A stretch of 64,000 nt of DNA from Squalus acanthias (Eukaryota): the NCBI GenBank assembly GCA_030390025.1, contig CM059452.1, positions 8,184,001 to 8,248,000 of the forward strand. The letters run 5' to 3'. The notes beneath the pieces are model-generated. The model was not told the origin of the DNA, did not search any database, and worked only from the letters and a program-made list of their open reading frames with translations. Both the position numbers and the translations under genes were made by a program. Every line of letters begins with the position of its first letter. Positions within the stretch are counted from its first letter, which is position 1. This document shows, one piece after another, positions 24,301 through 37,690 of the stretch.

Positions 24301-27030
24301 GAACATGGTGAGGATTACAGACACACAGTGATACAGAGCACGGAGAGAGTTCACAAACCTGAACATGGTGGGGATTACAGACACACAGTGATACAGAGCA
24401 CGGAGAGAGTTCACAAACCTGAACATGGTGGGGATTACAGACACACAGTGATACAGAGCACGGAGAGAGTTCACAAACCTGAACATGGTGAGGATTACAG
24501 ACACACAGTGATACAGAGCACGGAGAGAGTTCACAAACCTGAACATGGTGGGGATTACAGACACACAGTGATACAGAGCACGGAGAGAGTTCACAAACCT
24601 GAACATGGTGGGGATTACAGACACACAGTGATAGAGAGCACGGAGAGAGTTCACAAACCTGAACATGGTGGGGATTACAGACACACAGTGATACAGAGCA
24701 CGGAGAGAGTTCACAAACCTGAACATGGTGAGGATTACAGACACACAGTGATACAGAGCACGGAGAGAGTTCACAAACCTGAACATGGTGAGGATTACAG
24801 ACACACAGTGATACAGAGCACGGAGAGAGTTCACAAACCTGAACATGGTGGGGATTACAGACACACAGTGATACAGAGCACGGAGAGAGTTCACAAACCT
24901 GAACATGGTGGGGATTACAGACACACAGTGATAAAGAGCACGGAGAGAGTTCACAAACCTGAACATGGTGGGGATTACAGACACACAGTGATACAGAGCA
25001 CGGAGAGAGTTCACAAACCTGAACATGTTGAGGATTACAGACACACAGTGATACAGAGCACGGAGAGAGTTCACAAACCTGAACATGGTGAGGATTACAG
25101 ACACACAGTGATACAGAGCACGGAGAGAGTTCACAAACCTGAACATGGTGGGGATTACAGACACACAGTGATAGAGAGCACGGAGAGAGTTCACAAACCT
25201 GAACATGGTGGCGATTACAGACACACAGTGATACAGAGCACGGAGAGAGTTCACAAACCTGAACATGGTGGGGATTACAGACACACAGTGATACAGAGCA
25301 CGGAGAGAGTTCACAAACCTGAACATGGTGAGGATTACAGACACACAGTGATACAGAGCACGGAGAGAGTTCACAAACCTGAACATGGTGGGGATTACAG
25401 ACACACAGTGATACAGAGCACGGAGAGAGTTCACAAAACTGAACATGGTGAGGATTACAGACACACAGTGATACAGAGCACGGAGAGAGTTCACAAACCT
25501 GAACATGGTGGGGATTACAGACACACAGTGATACAGAGCACGGAGAGAGTTCACAAACCTGAACATGGTGGGGATTACAGACACACAGTGATACAGAGCA
25601 CGGAGAGAGTTCACAAACCTGAACATGGTGGGGATTACAGACACACAGTGATACAGAGCACGGAGAGAGTTCACAAACCTGAACATGGTGGGGATTACAG
25701 ACACAGTGATAAAGAGCACGGAGAGAGTTCACAAACTTGAACATGGTAGGGATTACAGACACAGAGTGATAGAGAGCACGGAGAGAGTTCACAAACCTGA
25801 ACCTGTTGCCGATTACAGACACACAGTGATACAGAGCACGGAGAGAGTTCACAAGCCTGAACATGGCGCCGATTACAGACACACAGTGATACAGAGCACG
25901 GAGAGAATTCACAAACCTGAACATGGTCGGGATTATCGACACACAGTGATAGAGAGCACGGGAGAGTTCACAAACCTGAACATGGTGGGGATTACAGACA
26001 CACAGTGATACAGAGCACGGAGAGAGTTCACAAACCTGAACATGGTGGGGATTACAGACACACAGTGATACAGAGCACGGAGAGAGTTCACAAACCTGAA
26101 CATGGTGAGGATTACAGACACACAGTGATACAGAGCACGGAGAGAGTTCACAAACCTGAACATGGTGGGGATTACAGACACAGTGATACAGAGCACGGAG
26201 AGAGTTCACAAACCTGAACATGGTGGGATTAAAGACACACAGTGATACAGAGCACGGAGAGAGTTCACAAACCTGAACATGCTGGGATTACAGACACACA
26301 GTGATCGAGAGCACGGAGAGAGTTCACAAACCTGAACATGGTGGGGATTACAGACACACAGTGATAGAGAGCACGGAGAGAGTTCACAAACCTGAACATG
26401 GTGGGGATTACAGACACACAGTGATAGAGAGCACGGAGAGAGTTCACAAACCTGAACATGTTGGGGATTACAGACACAGTGATACAGAGCACGGAGAGAG
26501 TTCACAAACCTGAACATGGTGGGGATTACAGACACACAGTGATACAGAGCACGGAGAGAGTTCACAAACCTGAACATGGTGGGAATTACAGACACACAGT
26601 GATACAGAGCACGGAGAGAGTTCACAAACCTGAACATGGTGGGGATTACAGACACACAGTGATACAGAGCACGGAGAGAGTTCACAAACCTGAACATGGT
26701 GGGATTATCGACACACAGTGATAGAGAGCACGGGGAGAGTTCACAAACCTGAACATGGTGAGGATTACAGACACACAGTGATACAGAGCACGGAGAGAGT
26801 TCACAAACCTGAACATGGTGGGGATTATCGACACACAGTGATAGAGAGCACGGAGAGAGTTCACAAACCTGAACATGGTGGGGATTACAGACACACAGTG
26901 ATACAGAGCACGGAGAGAGTTCACAAACCTGACCATGCTGGGCGTTACAGACACACAGTGATACAGAGCACGGAGAGAGTTCACAAACCTGAACATGGTG
27001 GGGATTACAGACTCACAGTGATACAGAGCG
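21269..27030 (+). repeat. 60-bp tandem array (~96 units) derived from the V 23-RSS
   Basis: Unit CACAGTG-ATACAGAGCACGGAGAGAGTTC-ACAAACCTG-AACATGGTGGGGATTACAGACA; the first unit is the authentic RSS. Confidence 0.97.
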
Positions 27031-28504
27031 CGAAGCTAGAGAAAAATATTTTTCGTGGATGCATTCTAGAGTTTTCCCCTACAGAAACCACTGATTAAGC
27101 CCGTCAATTCTACACTTTTCTTTTCGCTCCTCACACCCTTTAATATTCCCTTCTTTCGAGTCTCCTATCCAATTCCCCAGTTAAAATAGTTGATGCATGT
27201 ATTCCACATTTTCACTTCCTTCTGTGTAAATAATTGTTTTTCTCAACTTAAACATTTATATTTTGCCGAGTGATATTTCACCCTAGGCATTATATTTATT
27301 GTCCGCCTGTTTTCAAACGGACCAGCAGAGTTTCATCTTTCCTTTTCTTTGGTTCAATCCGTCTTTCAACGCTTGGGTTGATGAGCGGTCACCACCTCCT
27401 GGGATTTCCCGGATTTGGTGTGTAATCTGCTCAGAGATTCTCTCCGCTCAACAGGACACCCGCACTCTGTCCGGACCAACAACCCGGCCAGCTCCCGGCT
27501 GAAGGAGTTTGGGTTTAGATTCACTGAGTTAATGACTCGGCCATGGGGGGCTGCGGCTCCCACAATTCGCAGCGGCAGGGAAAAGGCCCATTGTGACACG
27601 GGCCGCGCTGCACTCTGGGAGAACTGTCCGCACATTTGCACCTCAGAAAACCTTTTAATGACAACTTTTTTATTCTCTCCTATGCCAGAATTTCACTTTA
27701 ATCGATTAAGATCGAGCATTTATTTTGATGGAAACAGATGTAAATTTGTTTTTCAATCGCGCAGCGGTTATACGTCACACAAACATAGCAGACTGTATGT
27801 CACACAAACATGGCAAACGCCGGTTTGCCCTGCAGTTGATGACGCCATAATCCCTCACATGTCACAGCAACGTTATTGACGGTTTCCCACATTGATTCAC
27901 GTTTCGGAGATCACGGGGCGTCTCCAGCCTCCGCTCAGCGCTAAAGAGCCCCAGTTTGTGGCACCTGTGACCACTGACTCAGTCCTATGAACCCGAGGAG
28001 TGGGCGGGGGAAGCACGGGGCCTCTTAAAGGGACCCTGCACTCCATGAGAATCACCGAGCCCGGAGTCAGTGAGAGCCTGGGAACAGGGAACCGGGACGA
28101 GGATGATATTGGAGGGGATGGCGGCCCCGGATAGGGGGAGGGGTGAGAGATTGTGGCAGAGACGGAGTATAAGCACCAATTCCATACATTCCCAATCTCC
28201 CTTCAGACGGTCCGTTAATTCTTCCCTCTCTTAACCCGATGTCATGTTCAACTATAGGACACCTAACGCCTGAATTCAGGGAGTTTCGAAGAAGAGCAGA
28301 ACCGCATTTGAAGGAAAATGCCAGAAGATACTCGGGCCTGGCCAGAAACCTCTGGAGATGCTCACGTGGCACGGAGTCACCGAACTAACCCGATGAGACG
28401 GTGAAGGCCGTGGTGCGAAAGTTCAAGGAAACAGGGAGCAAAGATCTGAAGGTCACTGCGGATCCCTGGATTGATGTTCATTTAGTTCAGGTCGATGGTA
28501 TGAG

Positions 28505-28745
28505 AGAGAATGGAGCAGAGCAGAGAGAAAAGATCCCTGGGGTGATGTTCAGCGAGTTCTGGGAGTTGGTACAAGAAGGAATGTAGGAGAGCAGGGAGAA
28601 AGGATCCCTGCGGTGATGTTCAGTGAGTTCTGGGAGTTGGTACAAGAAGGAATGGAGCAGAGCAGGGAGAAAGGATCCCTGGGGTGATGTTCAGTGAGTT
28701 CAGGGAAATGATGTCAGCGGGAATGGAGCAGAGCAGGGAGAAATG
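28505..28745. repeat. ~72-bp tandem repeat (gaatggagcagagcagggagaaaggatccctggggtgatgttcagtgagttc...), ~3.5 copies; inverted copies at ~30340-30470
   Basis: Direct units visible. Confidence 0.75.
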
Positions 28746-29194
28746 TCGTCAGGGAAACAGGAGATAGAGGGCCAGGGTTAATGGGTGCGGCTGAGATTGA
28801 AGAAGGCTTGGAAGTGGTTACCCCAGTGCTGGGCCTACTTTGCTCCTTTGGTCTGTGTGGATCATTTGAACTCGGGTCTCCTTTAAAGGGGCGATTCCAA
28901 AACAAAAATATATTCCACTAGTGCCCACCCGAGAGGAGGGCTCCACTCGCACACTTGGCCTGAACAAAACTAAAATTATATTCCATTAGAATTTGATTTT
29001 ATCACAACCTTTATCTAGTTGTGCCCACTGAAGGCAGAAGGCCCCAAATGTGTCTGTGGACACCGCGCGAACCCTCATCTCCTCTCCCTCAAATACTGTC
29101 TAAAAGCTGGAGAGAGGCTGTGTGTCAGATAGGCCCCAGGCTCTGGGAATCATCCCCAGGGTTTGTGCTCCCTGGTGCATCTGTGTCAGATATC

Positions 29195-29772
29195 TATCCC
29201 GTGCTGTACCTGCCCTGGGAGTGTTTGATGGGAGAGTGCAGAGGGAGCTTTACTCTGTATCTATCCCGTGCTGTACCTGCCCTGGGAGTGTTTGATGGGA
29301 CAGTGTAGAGGGAGCTTTACTCTGTATCTAACCCATGCTGTACCTGCCCGGGGAGTGTTTCATGGGTCAGTGTAGAGGAAGCTTTACTCTGTATCTAACC
29401 CGTGCTGTACCTGACTGGGAGTGTTTGATTGGACAGTGTTGAGGGAGCTTTACTCTGTATCTAACCCGTGCTGTCCCTGTCCTGGGAGTGTTTGATGGGA
29501 CAGTGTAGAGGGAGCTTTACTCTGTATCTAACCCGTGCTGTGCCTGCCCTGGGAGTGTTTGTTGAGACAGTGTAGAGGGAGCTTTACTCTGCATCTAACC
29601 CGTGCTGTACCTGCCCTGGGAGTGTTTGATTGTACAGTGTAGAGGGAGCTTTACTCCAATCTAACCTGTGCTGTACATGCCCTGGGAGTGTTTGATGGGA
29701 CAGTGTAGATGGAGCTTTACTCTGTATCTAACCCGTGCTGTACCTGCCCTTAGAGTGTTTGATGGGACAGTT
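29195..29772. repeat. 67-bp satellite (ccgtgctgtacctgccctgggagtgtttgatgggacagtgtagagggagctttactctgtatctaac), ~8-9 copies
   Basis: Tandem units; same family at 42843-43545. Confidence 0.92.
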
Positions 29773-32101
29773 ATGGAGCCACTGCGCTACCCAGTGCCCT
29801 ATCAGTGTAAAGACACCATTACCCGTGCCTTTTTATGTCAAGACCCTGAGGCGGAATGACTGCACAGCGACCAGGCGCCCATTGCAGTCTCCTCTAATAT
29901 TATGGCCTGTAACAGTCACATGCCAGGTTCTAATAAAGAGCAGGGCTCTGCTCCATCACAGCTTGATACATTACAGTACATGGTAGAGTAAATCTCCCTC
30001 TACACTGTTTCATCAAACGCTCCCACGGCAGGTACACACTTGTTAGATATCTGACACAGACACACTGCGGAGCACATACCCTGGAAATGATTCCAAGAGT
30101 CTGGGGCCTATCCGACACACAGGCTCGCTCTACAGCTTTTCTTTTGTGCACACACACATAGACTGTCTTCACTTTTTCTGCTATACACACAAACTATCTC
30201 TCTCTCCACCTGCTCTGTTAGATTCCACACAGACCAATAAAAGATTCGGACCAGCACTGGGGTAACCACTTCCAACCCTTCTCCAATCTGAGCCACACCC
30301 ATTTACCCTGACCATCTGTCTCCTGTATCCCTGACGACCTTTCTCCCTGCTCTGCTCCATTCCCCCTGGTACCAACTCCCTGAACTCACTGATCATCGCC
30401 CCAGGGATCCTTTCTCCCTGCTCTGCTCCATTCCCTCTGTACCATCTCCATGAACTCAGTGAACATCACTGCTGTGTACCGCCTATGACCTTCAGATATC
30501 CGCTCCCTGTTTCCCTGCAGTTTTGCTCCACGACCTTAACAGGATCCTTGGACTCTTTCGGTGCCTCCCGGCCCCGGGAAAATCTCCAGAGGTTTCTGGC
30601 CCAACCCGAGTATCTTCCTGCATTCTCCCTCTGATGCGGCGCCGCTTTTCCTCTGAACCCCTGGAGTCCAGGCGCGAGGTCTCCTGTGGTTGAATTTATG
30701 ATGGGGTTGAGGAACGGAAGAATTATACGGCCCTTCTGAAGGGCTGGGAATGAACATTGCAAATTGATGGAGTTGCTGTTTAAACTATGTCTCTGCCCCA
30801 ATCTCTCTCCCTCCCCTCAAAGCGACAAATACCTTCAGCCACCATCGCTGTGTCTCCCGGCTATGTATCCTGTTCCCAGGCTCCGAGAATATCGGGTGAT
30901 ACAGGGCCCATTGAAGACTTTCCGAGCTGACACTCCCGGGGTCACAGCCCTGATCCCTGACCCTCAATGAATGTGAAAATCAGCCAGTCGCGGTGCTGTG
31001 ACATGCGAAAAGCATTGTGGCGTCATCCAGTTCAGGGCAAAGTGGCGGCGGCCATATTTGTGTGACGTGCGGTGCGACATGTGACTTCAATTCCCACAAA
31101 AGAAACGATCTCCCTTTCTTAATAAAAAGGAGAAAATATGCGACGGAGATAAAGATACATACAGCGACAATTGAAGCGGTAGGCGAGTTGCGCATGTGCG
31201 AACAGTGCACCCAGGGAGCAGGACCGCCCGTGGTCTGCATAGGGCCTATTCTGGCCCGCTGTGCATTTTGGGAATCTCTGTCCTCCATGGCTGCTTACAT
31301 CACTGACAGGGTGTGAGCCAACTTAACCAATGAATGGCAATTTATTACAACCTCCCTCGGGGAAACTGCCACACAGTCTGAGTTCTCCTTACAGGCCAAA
31401 AGCACTTGGTCAGATTTATTGCAGGTTAACTAACGCACGGAAGTTCAATGAGGCAGCCAGTGACCGGAACAGCAAGAGTAGCGAAAGAGTTCGGAACTCT
31501 CTCTAATTTCCCCACAGATCTCCCGAAACATTCAACTAATTTTCTCTTTCATGTCCTCTCCCATTCGGTTGTGGGTTTCCAACACCTCTGTTTTCAAGCT
31601 TGGAAAGTGGCATCTAAATATAGTGAAACTAAAATAGAGTAATGGGTCGGAGGATTTCCCGAGCACCTGAACACATTAAGTACTTGGTTTTGAAGGAATA
31701 CACGAGATGAAATAACACACACAGGCAGAATATGGGAACCGGATCCTGTCCCATTAACGGAGCGGCCAGCAGGAGGTTCCTGGCGCTGTCAGCAACCTCT
31801 TTCTCGGAGCTGATCTGAACATCGATCCATGACTTTGAGGGAAAACAGCTGATCAGCAGCAGAAAGGACAGTTTAACCTGTCGGTTCATTCTGTGATCGA
31901 TCTTTCGGGCCGATTGGATTCTGCAGTTTGTTTTCTCGGCCGCTCCTGGAAGAAGTTGGGTGACAGTTTGATCCGAGGTTAATTTGGTTTCCTCTCGGTG
32001 TGTGTTTGAGCGCCTGACAGCGCGCTGCTCATTGTGGCTGCATCTGCCCGCGATTCCACACAACCCCAACAGACAGGAGCTCCGCCCTACAGTCCAATGA
32101 C

Positions 32102-32604
32102 AGTTTTTGTACAGGGCTGAGACTGCTTTCCATCACTGTGTGTCTCAGGGCGCAGTAATACACGGCAGCGTCAGTCAGCTGCAGCCCGGAGATGGTTAAA
32201 CTGGTGAATTTAGTCGAGGTCTGGAGCTCAGCAGAGAAACGGGTTTTAGCAAAATCTGCTTTATCTTCATAACAGCTAGAGCTTTTCCACACTATAAACT
32301 CGGGCTGTGTGTCTGGGTGTTGCCGGTACCAGTATAAATAATAGACGCTCACTGTAGTATCATAGGTACAGCTTAAAGTCACCGCTTCTCCTTCTGTCTT
32401 AATTCCTGAGGACAGCGGCTGAATGACAGAATCTCCAAGACTCAGATCTGAAAAACATGTTCAAACAGGAAAAGATCAGACTGGCGGGTGTTTAAAATTC
32501 AGAATCAAAACATGTTACAAATGAGCGAAAAGCTGAAATGTGTTTGGTCCACAATTACCTGTCAGAAATGCCCCCCACACAGCCCAGATGCTGAGTAGCC
32601 GCAT
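32102..32604 (-). CDS. TCR delta/alpha V segment, apparently intact (leader 32604-32559, V exon 32447-32141, RSS 32140-32102)
   Basis: Paralog of 6660-7164; ...DAAVYYCALRH; CACAGTG-23-ACAAAAACT; extra Cys in CDR2 (WKSSSCYED). Confidence 0.92.
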
Positions 32605-34149
32605 TGTCGCTGTCCGCTCTGTAAAAGGGGGGTCGGATATTTGAAGACACCCGTTCTAATCCCCGCCCTCAATAATCTGCAGTCGTGTCTCAGGATGCTC
32701 TCACCTCACTTCCTGGTGTCCCCAGTGCTGCTGTGAGACCGGTAGGTGGTGAGCTGGCTGTCAGTGAATGGAAACACCCCGAGCTGGGCTACAGCCAGTG
32801 TTATTATAGGGGAATGGTTCCCCTTTTAGAGACCGGGGGTGGGATTGAACCCGTGTCGAGTTTGTGACCAAAAAACTCAGGATTGTTAATGGATTTGGTT
32901 TATTCTGGGGTCAATTCTTTCTCCAGAATTCCGTTACTTTCACCGTCAGGACACTGGTAGCCGTGACTGCTGTGAGCTTTCACTTACGGGTCAGTTAACT
33001 AGTGAACTAACAATGATTCCTTATTTTATCGGAGTGATTTATGGATCTGTGATATTAGAGCGATGGTATCTGCTGTTACTGAACAAACAATTGAACAGAC
33101 ATAAAAATAAACTCTCTCTATAACTTAACCAGCGTTTCCCTTCTGTGGTTTGCATTAAAAATGTTTTAATTATATCTGACGATTTGTTACCTTCGTTGTG
33201 CCTGTAATGGTTAATTTACTGATCCATAATTTTCAGATTTTAAATTTTCAATGAGAGAGAATGGAGGGAGCGGCCCGTTGACGCGTTTCAGCACTTTCCC
33301 GCTGATGTTCCCGGCAGCAGATGAGGGGTGGGGTGGGGGGGGGGGGCGGGGGGAGCGGCTTCAAACCCCCAGGGTGAGGTGCAGGACGGGTCCTCGTTAA
33401 CAAGAGCTCAACACCAGCAGGGCGTGAAAACCTGTCCTTACAACTTTCACTCATATTATAAAAGGATGCGGCGCAGAAAAAGAAACAAACTACAGGCGGT
33501 TTCGGTTTGTCTTTCGCCCCTTTAACATCGATCTCCGTCATCGGTACAGTTAATGGCTTCAGAAATCAGATCTCAGGCTGTGTCTTTCACTCACATTTTG
33601 ATATTTCTTTCCCCATCTTCCACACCCTTCCACTGGGTTGTATCAGAAACCAATCCTTCAATATGATGGATGTCTTTTTGTGTTGATTATTTTCCGATGT
33701 GCCGAACCAGCCCGGTGAGGATTTCAAATATTAAACTTCAAGTCATTCCAAAATTTACACAATCGTTGCAGAAACAGCGTTTACCTCACTGCCCGGGGTC
33801 TGATCCATAAAAGGAATATTGTGACATGCCGCCCTCTGGTGGATATTCTGAGAACTGTTCCGATGTTGCTGGACAGGGTGCGAGGAATCCTGTCTTTATT
33901 CACTGACCTGTCTGTAGTTCCTGTTTATGGGAAGCTGGGTTGGAGCGGTTTTGAATTAATATACCCAGCAGCCGCAAAGGTTTTACATCGTTAACCTTAA
34001 GACTGGAAGATGGAATTTCATTCCATGATGAGTAAAGAGTGGAGACAGGGGATGAAAAGGGACTGGCAGGCACGGAAAGGCATCGAAAGACAAAACGTGA
34101 GTTAAGGAGGCACAGATGCATTTGGGAAATGTATTTTTTATTATCTTCT

Positions 34150-34805
34150 TTTTAGGCAGTCCCTCGGAACCGATTATGACTTTATTCCACCTTAACAATG
34201 AGTTCTCAGGTAACTGATGAGTCCAATGCGGGACCGACAGTCTCTGTCACAGGTGGGGCAGACGGTGGCTGAAGGGGCGGGTGGGTGGGGTGTTTGGGTT
34301 GACGTGCGCTCCTTCCGCTCTCTGCGCTTGGCTTCCGCTTGCTCCCGGCGAAGAGATCGAGGTGTTCGACGCCTTCCCGGATGCTTCTCCTCCACTTTGT
34401 GCGATCTTGGGCCAGGGATTCCCTGGTGTCAGTGGGGATGTTGCACGTTTTCAAGGAGGCTTTGAGGGTGTCCTTGAAGCGTTTCCTCTGCCCACTTGGG
34501 GCTCTCTTGCCGTGTCGGAGCTCCGAGCAGAGCGCTTGTTTTGGGAGTCTTGTATCGGGCATACGGACAATGTGACCCGTCCATCGGAGCTGATCGAGCG
34601 TGGTCAAAGCTTCGATGCTGGGGATGTTTGCCTGAGCGCGAACACTGACGCTGGTGCGCCGATCCTGCCAATGGATTTGCAGGATCTTGCGGAGGCAGCG
34701 TTGGTGGTACCTCTCCAGTGCTTTGAGGTGCCTGCTGTACATGGTCCATGTCTCTGAGGCATACAGCAGGGCGGGTATCACTGCTGCTCTGTAGACAATG
34801 AGCTT
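34150..34805 (-). mobile_element. RTE-clade LINE 3' fragment
   Basis: LLYASETWT...QRCLRKILQIHWQD...QLRWTGHIVRMPDTRLPKQ and terminal CPTC...IGLISYLRTH zinc motif. Confidence 0.88.
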
Positions 34806-35010
34806 AGAGCTTAGTGATTTTTATTATAAATGATAGTTGAAATCACCAACTAATATAATTCCGCCTGTGGACCTCACCGGTTCTTGTGTGTTGTGTTTCA
34901 TTGGCCTTTTAAGAAGGTCCCTGTGACTCTCATTGTGGAGACTGAATTGTCGCTTCTGGTTATCGGTGTGAGAGCGCCCTCTGGTGAGCACTAACTGGAA
35001 TTCTCAGTCT

Positions 35011-35511
35011 GGGTTTTTTACGGGATCCGCTATATCTCTGCAGCAGTGTGGGGCTCATAGCACAGAAATACATGGCGGTGTCGGAGATCAGGGCGTTGCT
35101 GATCGTTAGCTCAGTAATCTTGGTATTTTTATTACACGTAGAAGAGAATCGGTCAGTGAAGTCGGGGTTCCGGTTTACTATTCCTGCAATGATATAAACC
35201 ACGTACTGTTGAAGCTGCCCGGGGTGCTGACTGTACCAGAACACATAAAGGGTAGAAGCGCTTCTTTACGAGGTGCAGTTTAGTGTGGCATAAATTTTCT
35301 CTTCAACCGTCATTTCAGGAACCGGTTGTTCCACTGTGTCTTGGCGGCTCCATTCTGACACAAAATAACAATAATAGTCATCATCATCATCATTTTATAA
35401 ATCATAACATCTGGGTCACAGCAGTCAGGGAGACAATGGATTTTTACTGGGCAGGTAATACTTACTGAGAAGTGATATAATGACGAGGAGCGGTGCGAGA
35501 CGGTTTTGCAT
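35011..35511 (-). pseudogene. TCR V pseudogene (leader 35511-35466, V exon 35354-35051)
   Basis: Leader MQNRLAPLLVIISLL|gtaag; in-frame TAA after the first Cys (NCTS*); ends DTAMYFCAMS plus CACACTG heptamer. Confidence 0.85.
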
Positions 35512-36304
35512 GGCGCTCCCTGAGTCTGTAACTCTGCAATCCGGGAAATCCTCTCTCGGATCAGAATTACCGATCCCCACACCACTGCATTGCTGATCCA
35601 ACCAATGCCAAACAGGGAGCAGCGGCAAACATCTCTCCAATAGCACAGGGCAGGCAAGGCGTGTCAGAGCGAGAGCAGCAAACGGAAGCTGAGGGTGGGG
35701 CTGCCTCAGACTCAAAACTGAGCAAATTCTGAGCTCTGTGTAACCACAGAAAGTGCGCGGCGCCGCTCAGCTGCACTCGGAGATGATGGAGCGGAAAGGG
35801 CCTTGGGTCTTGAGAGGTCTGTGGTCTACCTGCTGCTGCTCACTGATGAAATGACTGGGAGCGAGTAGAGTGGGAGGGAAATAAAGAGATTACACAGCTG
35901 TAATCTAGAGTTCTGAGACACAATAGTTTGCAGAGATGCTTTTATATATAATCTATAAATATTAAACCCTCTCAATGATCTCATTCTAAATCGGATTGAA
36001 CAGAATCCACCAGCAGAGGGCGCCAAATTCAAGCATAGAAATTAGAAAGTCACGCGATGAAAACACCATAGCGAATAGCAATTGTAACCTCAGTGATGTC
36101 ACAATGGGTCCGTCCCTTGCAGTGTGTGGGTGGAACAATGAGCTGAACAGCCCGGGTTACCGCACCCCTTCTCGATCTCGGCCTCATTCAATTCCAAGTC
36201 ACTGTGAGAATTCAGTCAGGTATGTTGCTAATAATATTGGCGGCAGTGTTGGACAGTAAGTAGTGGATTATCTTAAACAACACAGGTTATCAGATCGATG
36301 CAAA

Positions 36305-36580
36305 GTTGGTTCGGTGCAGTTAGATTGCGAATATACAGTCCTAGATGTTTACGCCATGCAATTGTATTGCCAGAAACCGGCACAGCCTCCAAGCTGGGTA
36401 AATAGCAAAGCAGTAGCACTGAAGGAAGTCGAAATCTCAGGGCAATATCTGGCGGCTGTTGGCAAGTCTAGAAAGTACGGTTACCTAAATGTAAGCGGCC
36501 TGAGTATGGAGGACGGGGCGGTCTATAACTGTGCAGTGAGGCATAGCGTCAGATAAAAACAAAAGCCCCGCACAAAAACC
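36305..36580 (+). pseudogene. TCR V pseudogene (5' truncated)
   Basis: SVQLDCEY...QLYCQK...EDGAVYNCAVR; Trp lost; RSS CATAGCG-23-ACAAAAACC; paralog of 61907-62207. Confidence 0.8.
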
Positions 36581-36659
36581 TCAGCGAGCATTTACACCTT
36601 CTTGAAGTGCTTTTTGGTGCTTTTATCTGTGGGGTTAGATTGATCCCAAAGTCACGAAG

Positions 36660-36922
36660 ACCACAGACTGTCAGGTTGCTATATCAAACTGTTGTATTCG
36701 TGTCTTTGTCTTTGTCCAAATCAGCGGAGAACCGATCTGGGAAATACAGAGAATTATCTCCCCACCCCAAGCGATATCTCCTGTGGAAATATCTCGGAGC
36801 TAACCCGGGATAATGAAGGACCAGTAGAGGAAGGGCAAACTATCGGAAGTGGGGAAACTACAGCTGAGTATTATGGTCTGTTCTGCTAGAACCGTTAATT
36901 CAGATGGATCCTGGGACACTGA
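36660..36922 (-). pseudogene. Degenerate TCR V exon (family of 1590-2061)
   Basis: SVSQDPSELTV...IILSCSF, PDRFSADLDKDK; frameshifts, no RSS; 5' side interrupted by a repeat at ~36925-37060. Confidence 0.75.
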
Positions 36923-37146
36923 TACAAAAAGAAAATACTGCCGATGCTGGAAATCTGAAAAAGAAACAGAAAATGCTGGAGATACTCAGCAGGTCAGGCA
37001 GCATCTGTGAAGAGGGAAACAGAGTTAACGTTTCAGGTCGATGACCTTTCGTCAGAACTCAGACTTCACCTATTGGGAGACTGGGGGGCGGTTCCCAGGG
37101 ACAGTGTTATAAAAACACCCAGCGCTCTGATAATGGCACAGCCTAC

Positions 37147-37690
37147 AGTTTTTGTACGGTCTCTGCTGATCTTTGCTGCACTGTGTCTCCACCGCACAGA
37201 AATAGGTGGCGGTGTCTTTCACTCGAGCGTCGCTAACATTCAGAGCACTGCGCTTCTCTACTGAACTGAAGCGAGCCGTGATCCTGCTCTGATCGCTGGT
37301 ACCGGTCGCCAGATGTTGCACGGTTCGCTTCGGGTATTGTCTGTACCATTGTAGCATCCGTCCTGTGACTGTGGTGGAACAGGTCAACGATGCAGTGTCT
37401 CCCTCAGTAACAACCACTGACTCGGGAGACTGCGATACCTCTTCACTGCCAGTGGCACCTGAGACGAGTATGTAATATAATATATAATTAAGTCAATGTA
37501 ATTAATATAATATAATTTTAGAATGTAATATAATACAATATAACATAACATAAAATAATAACAAGTAAACAATAATAAATACATATAAGATGTTAAATAT
37601 TCCCGATAGACAGAGATTGTGACCACACTCACACGGAGGGGTGAGTAAGAAATTCAGGGAGATAATCACTAAAGTGAAGCTCTGCTTCAT
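37147..37690 (-). CDS. TCR alpha-type V segment, apparently intact (leader 37690-37633, V exon 37458-37186, RSS 37185-37147)
   Basis: Leader MKQSFTLVIISLNFLLTPP|gtgagt in frame with EEVSQSPESVVVTEGDTASLTC...WYRQ...DTATYFCAVE; CACAGTG-23-ACAAAAACT. Confidence 0.9.

Noticed and set aside
21308-27013. Array of D-delta segments (GGTGGGGATTAC resembles G-rich TCR D cores ahead of a heptamer)
   Set aside because: No 5' 12-RSS (nonamer-12-CACTGTG) precedes the motif in any unit.
21269-27030. CRISPR-like array
   Set aside because: No unique spacers, no cas genes, eukaryotic locus.
21243-27098. Very long ORFs (up to 1522 aa) on both strands
   Set aside because: Translations of a 60-bp tandem unit that lacks stops in several frames; no gene structure.
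31836-31889. Leader-like peptide MNRQVKLSFLLLISCFP on the minus strand
   Set aside because: No GT donor at the expected position and no recognisable V exon downstream.
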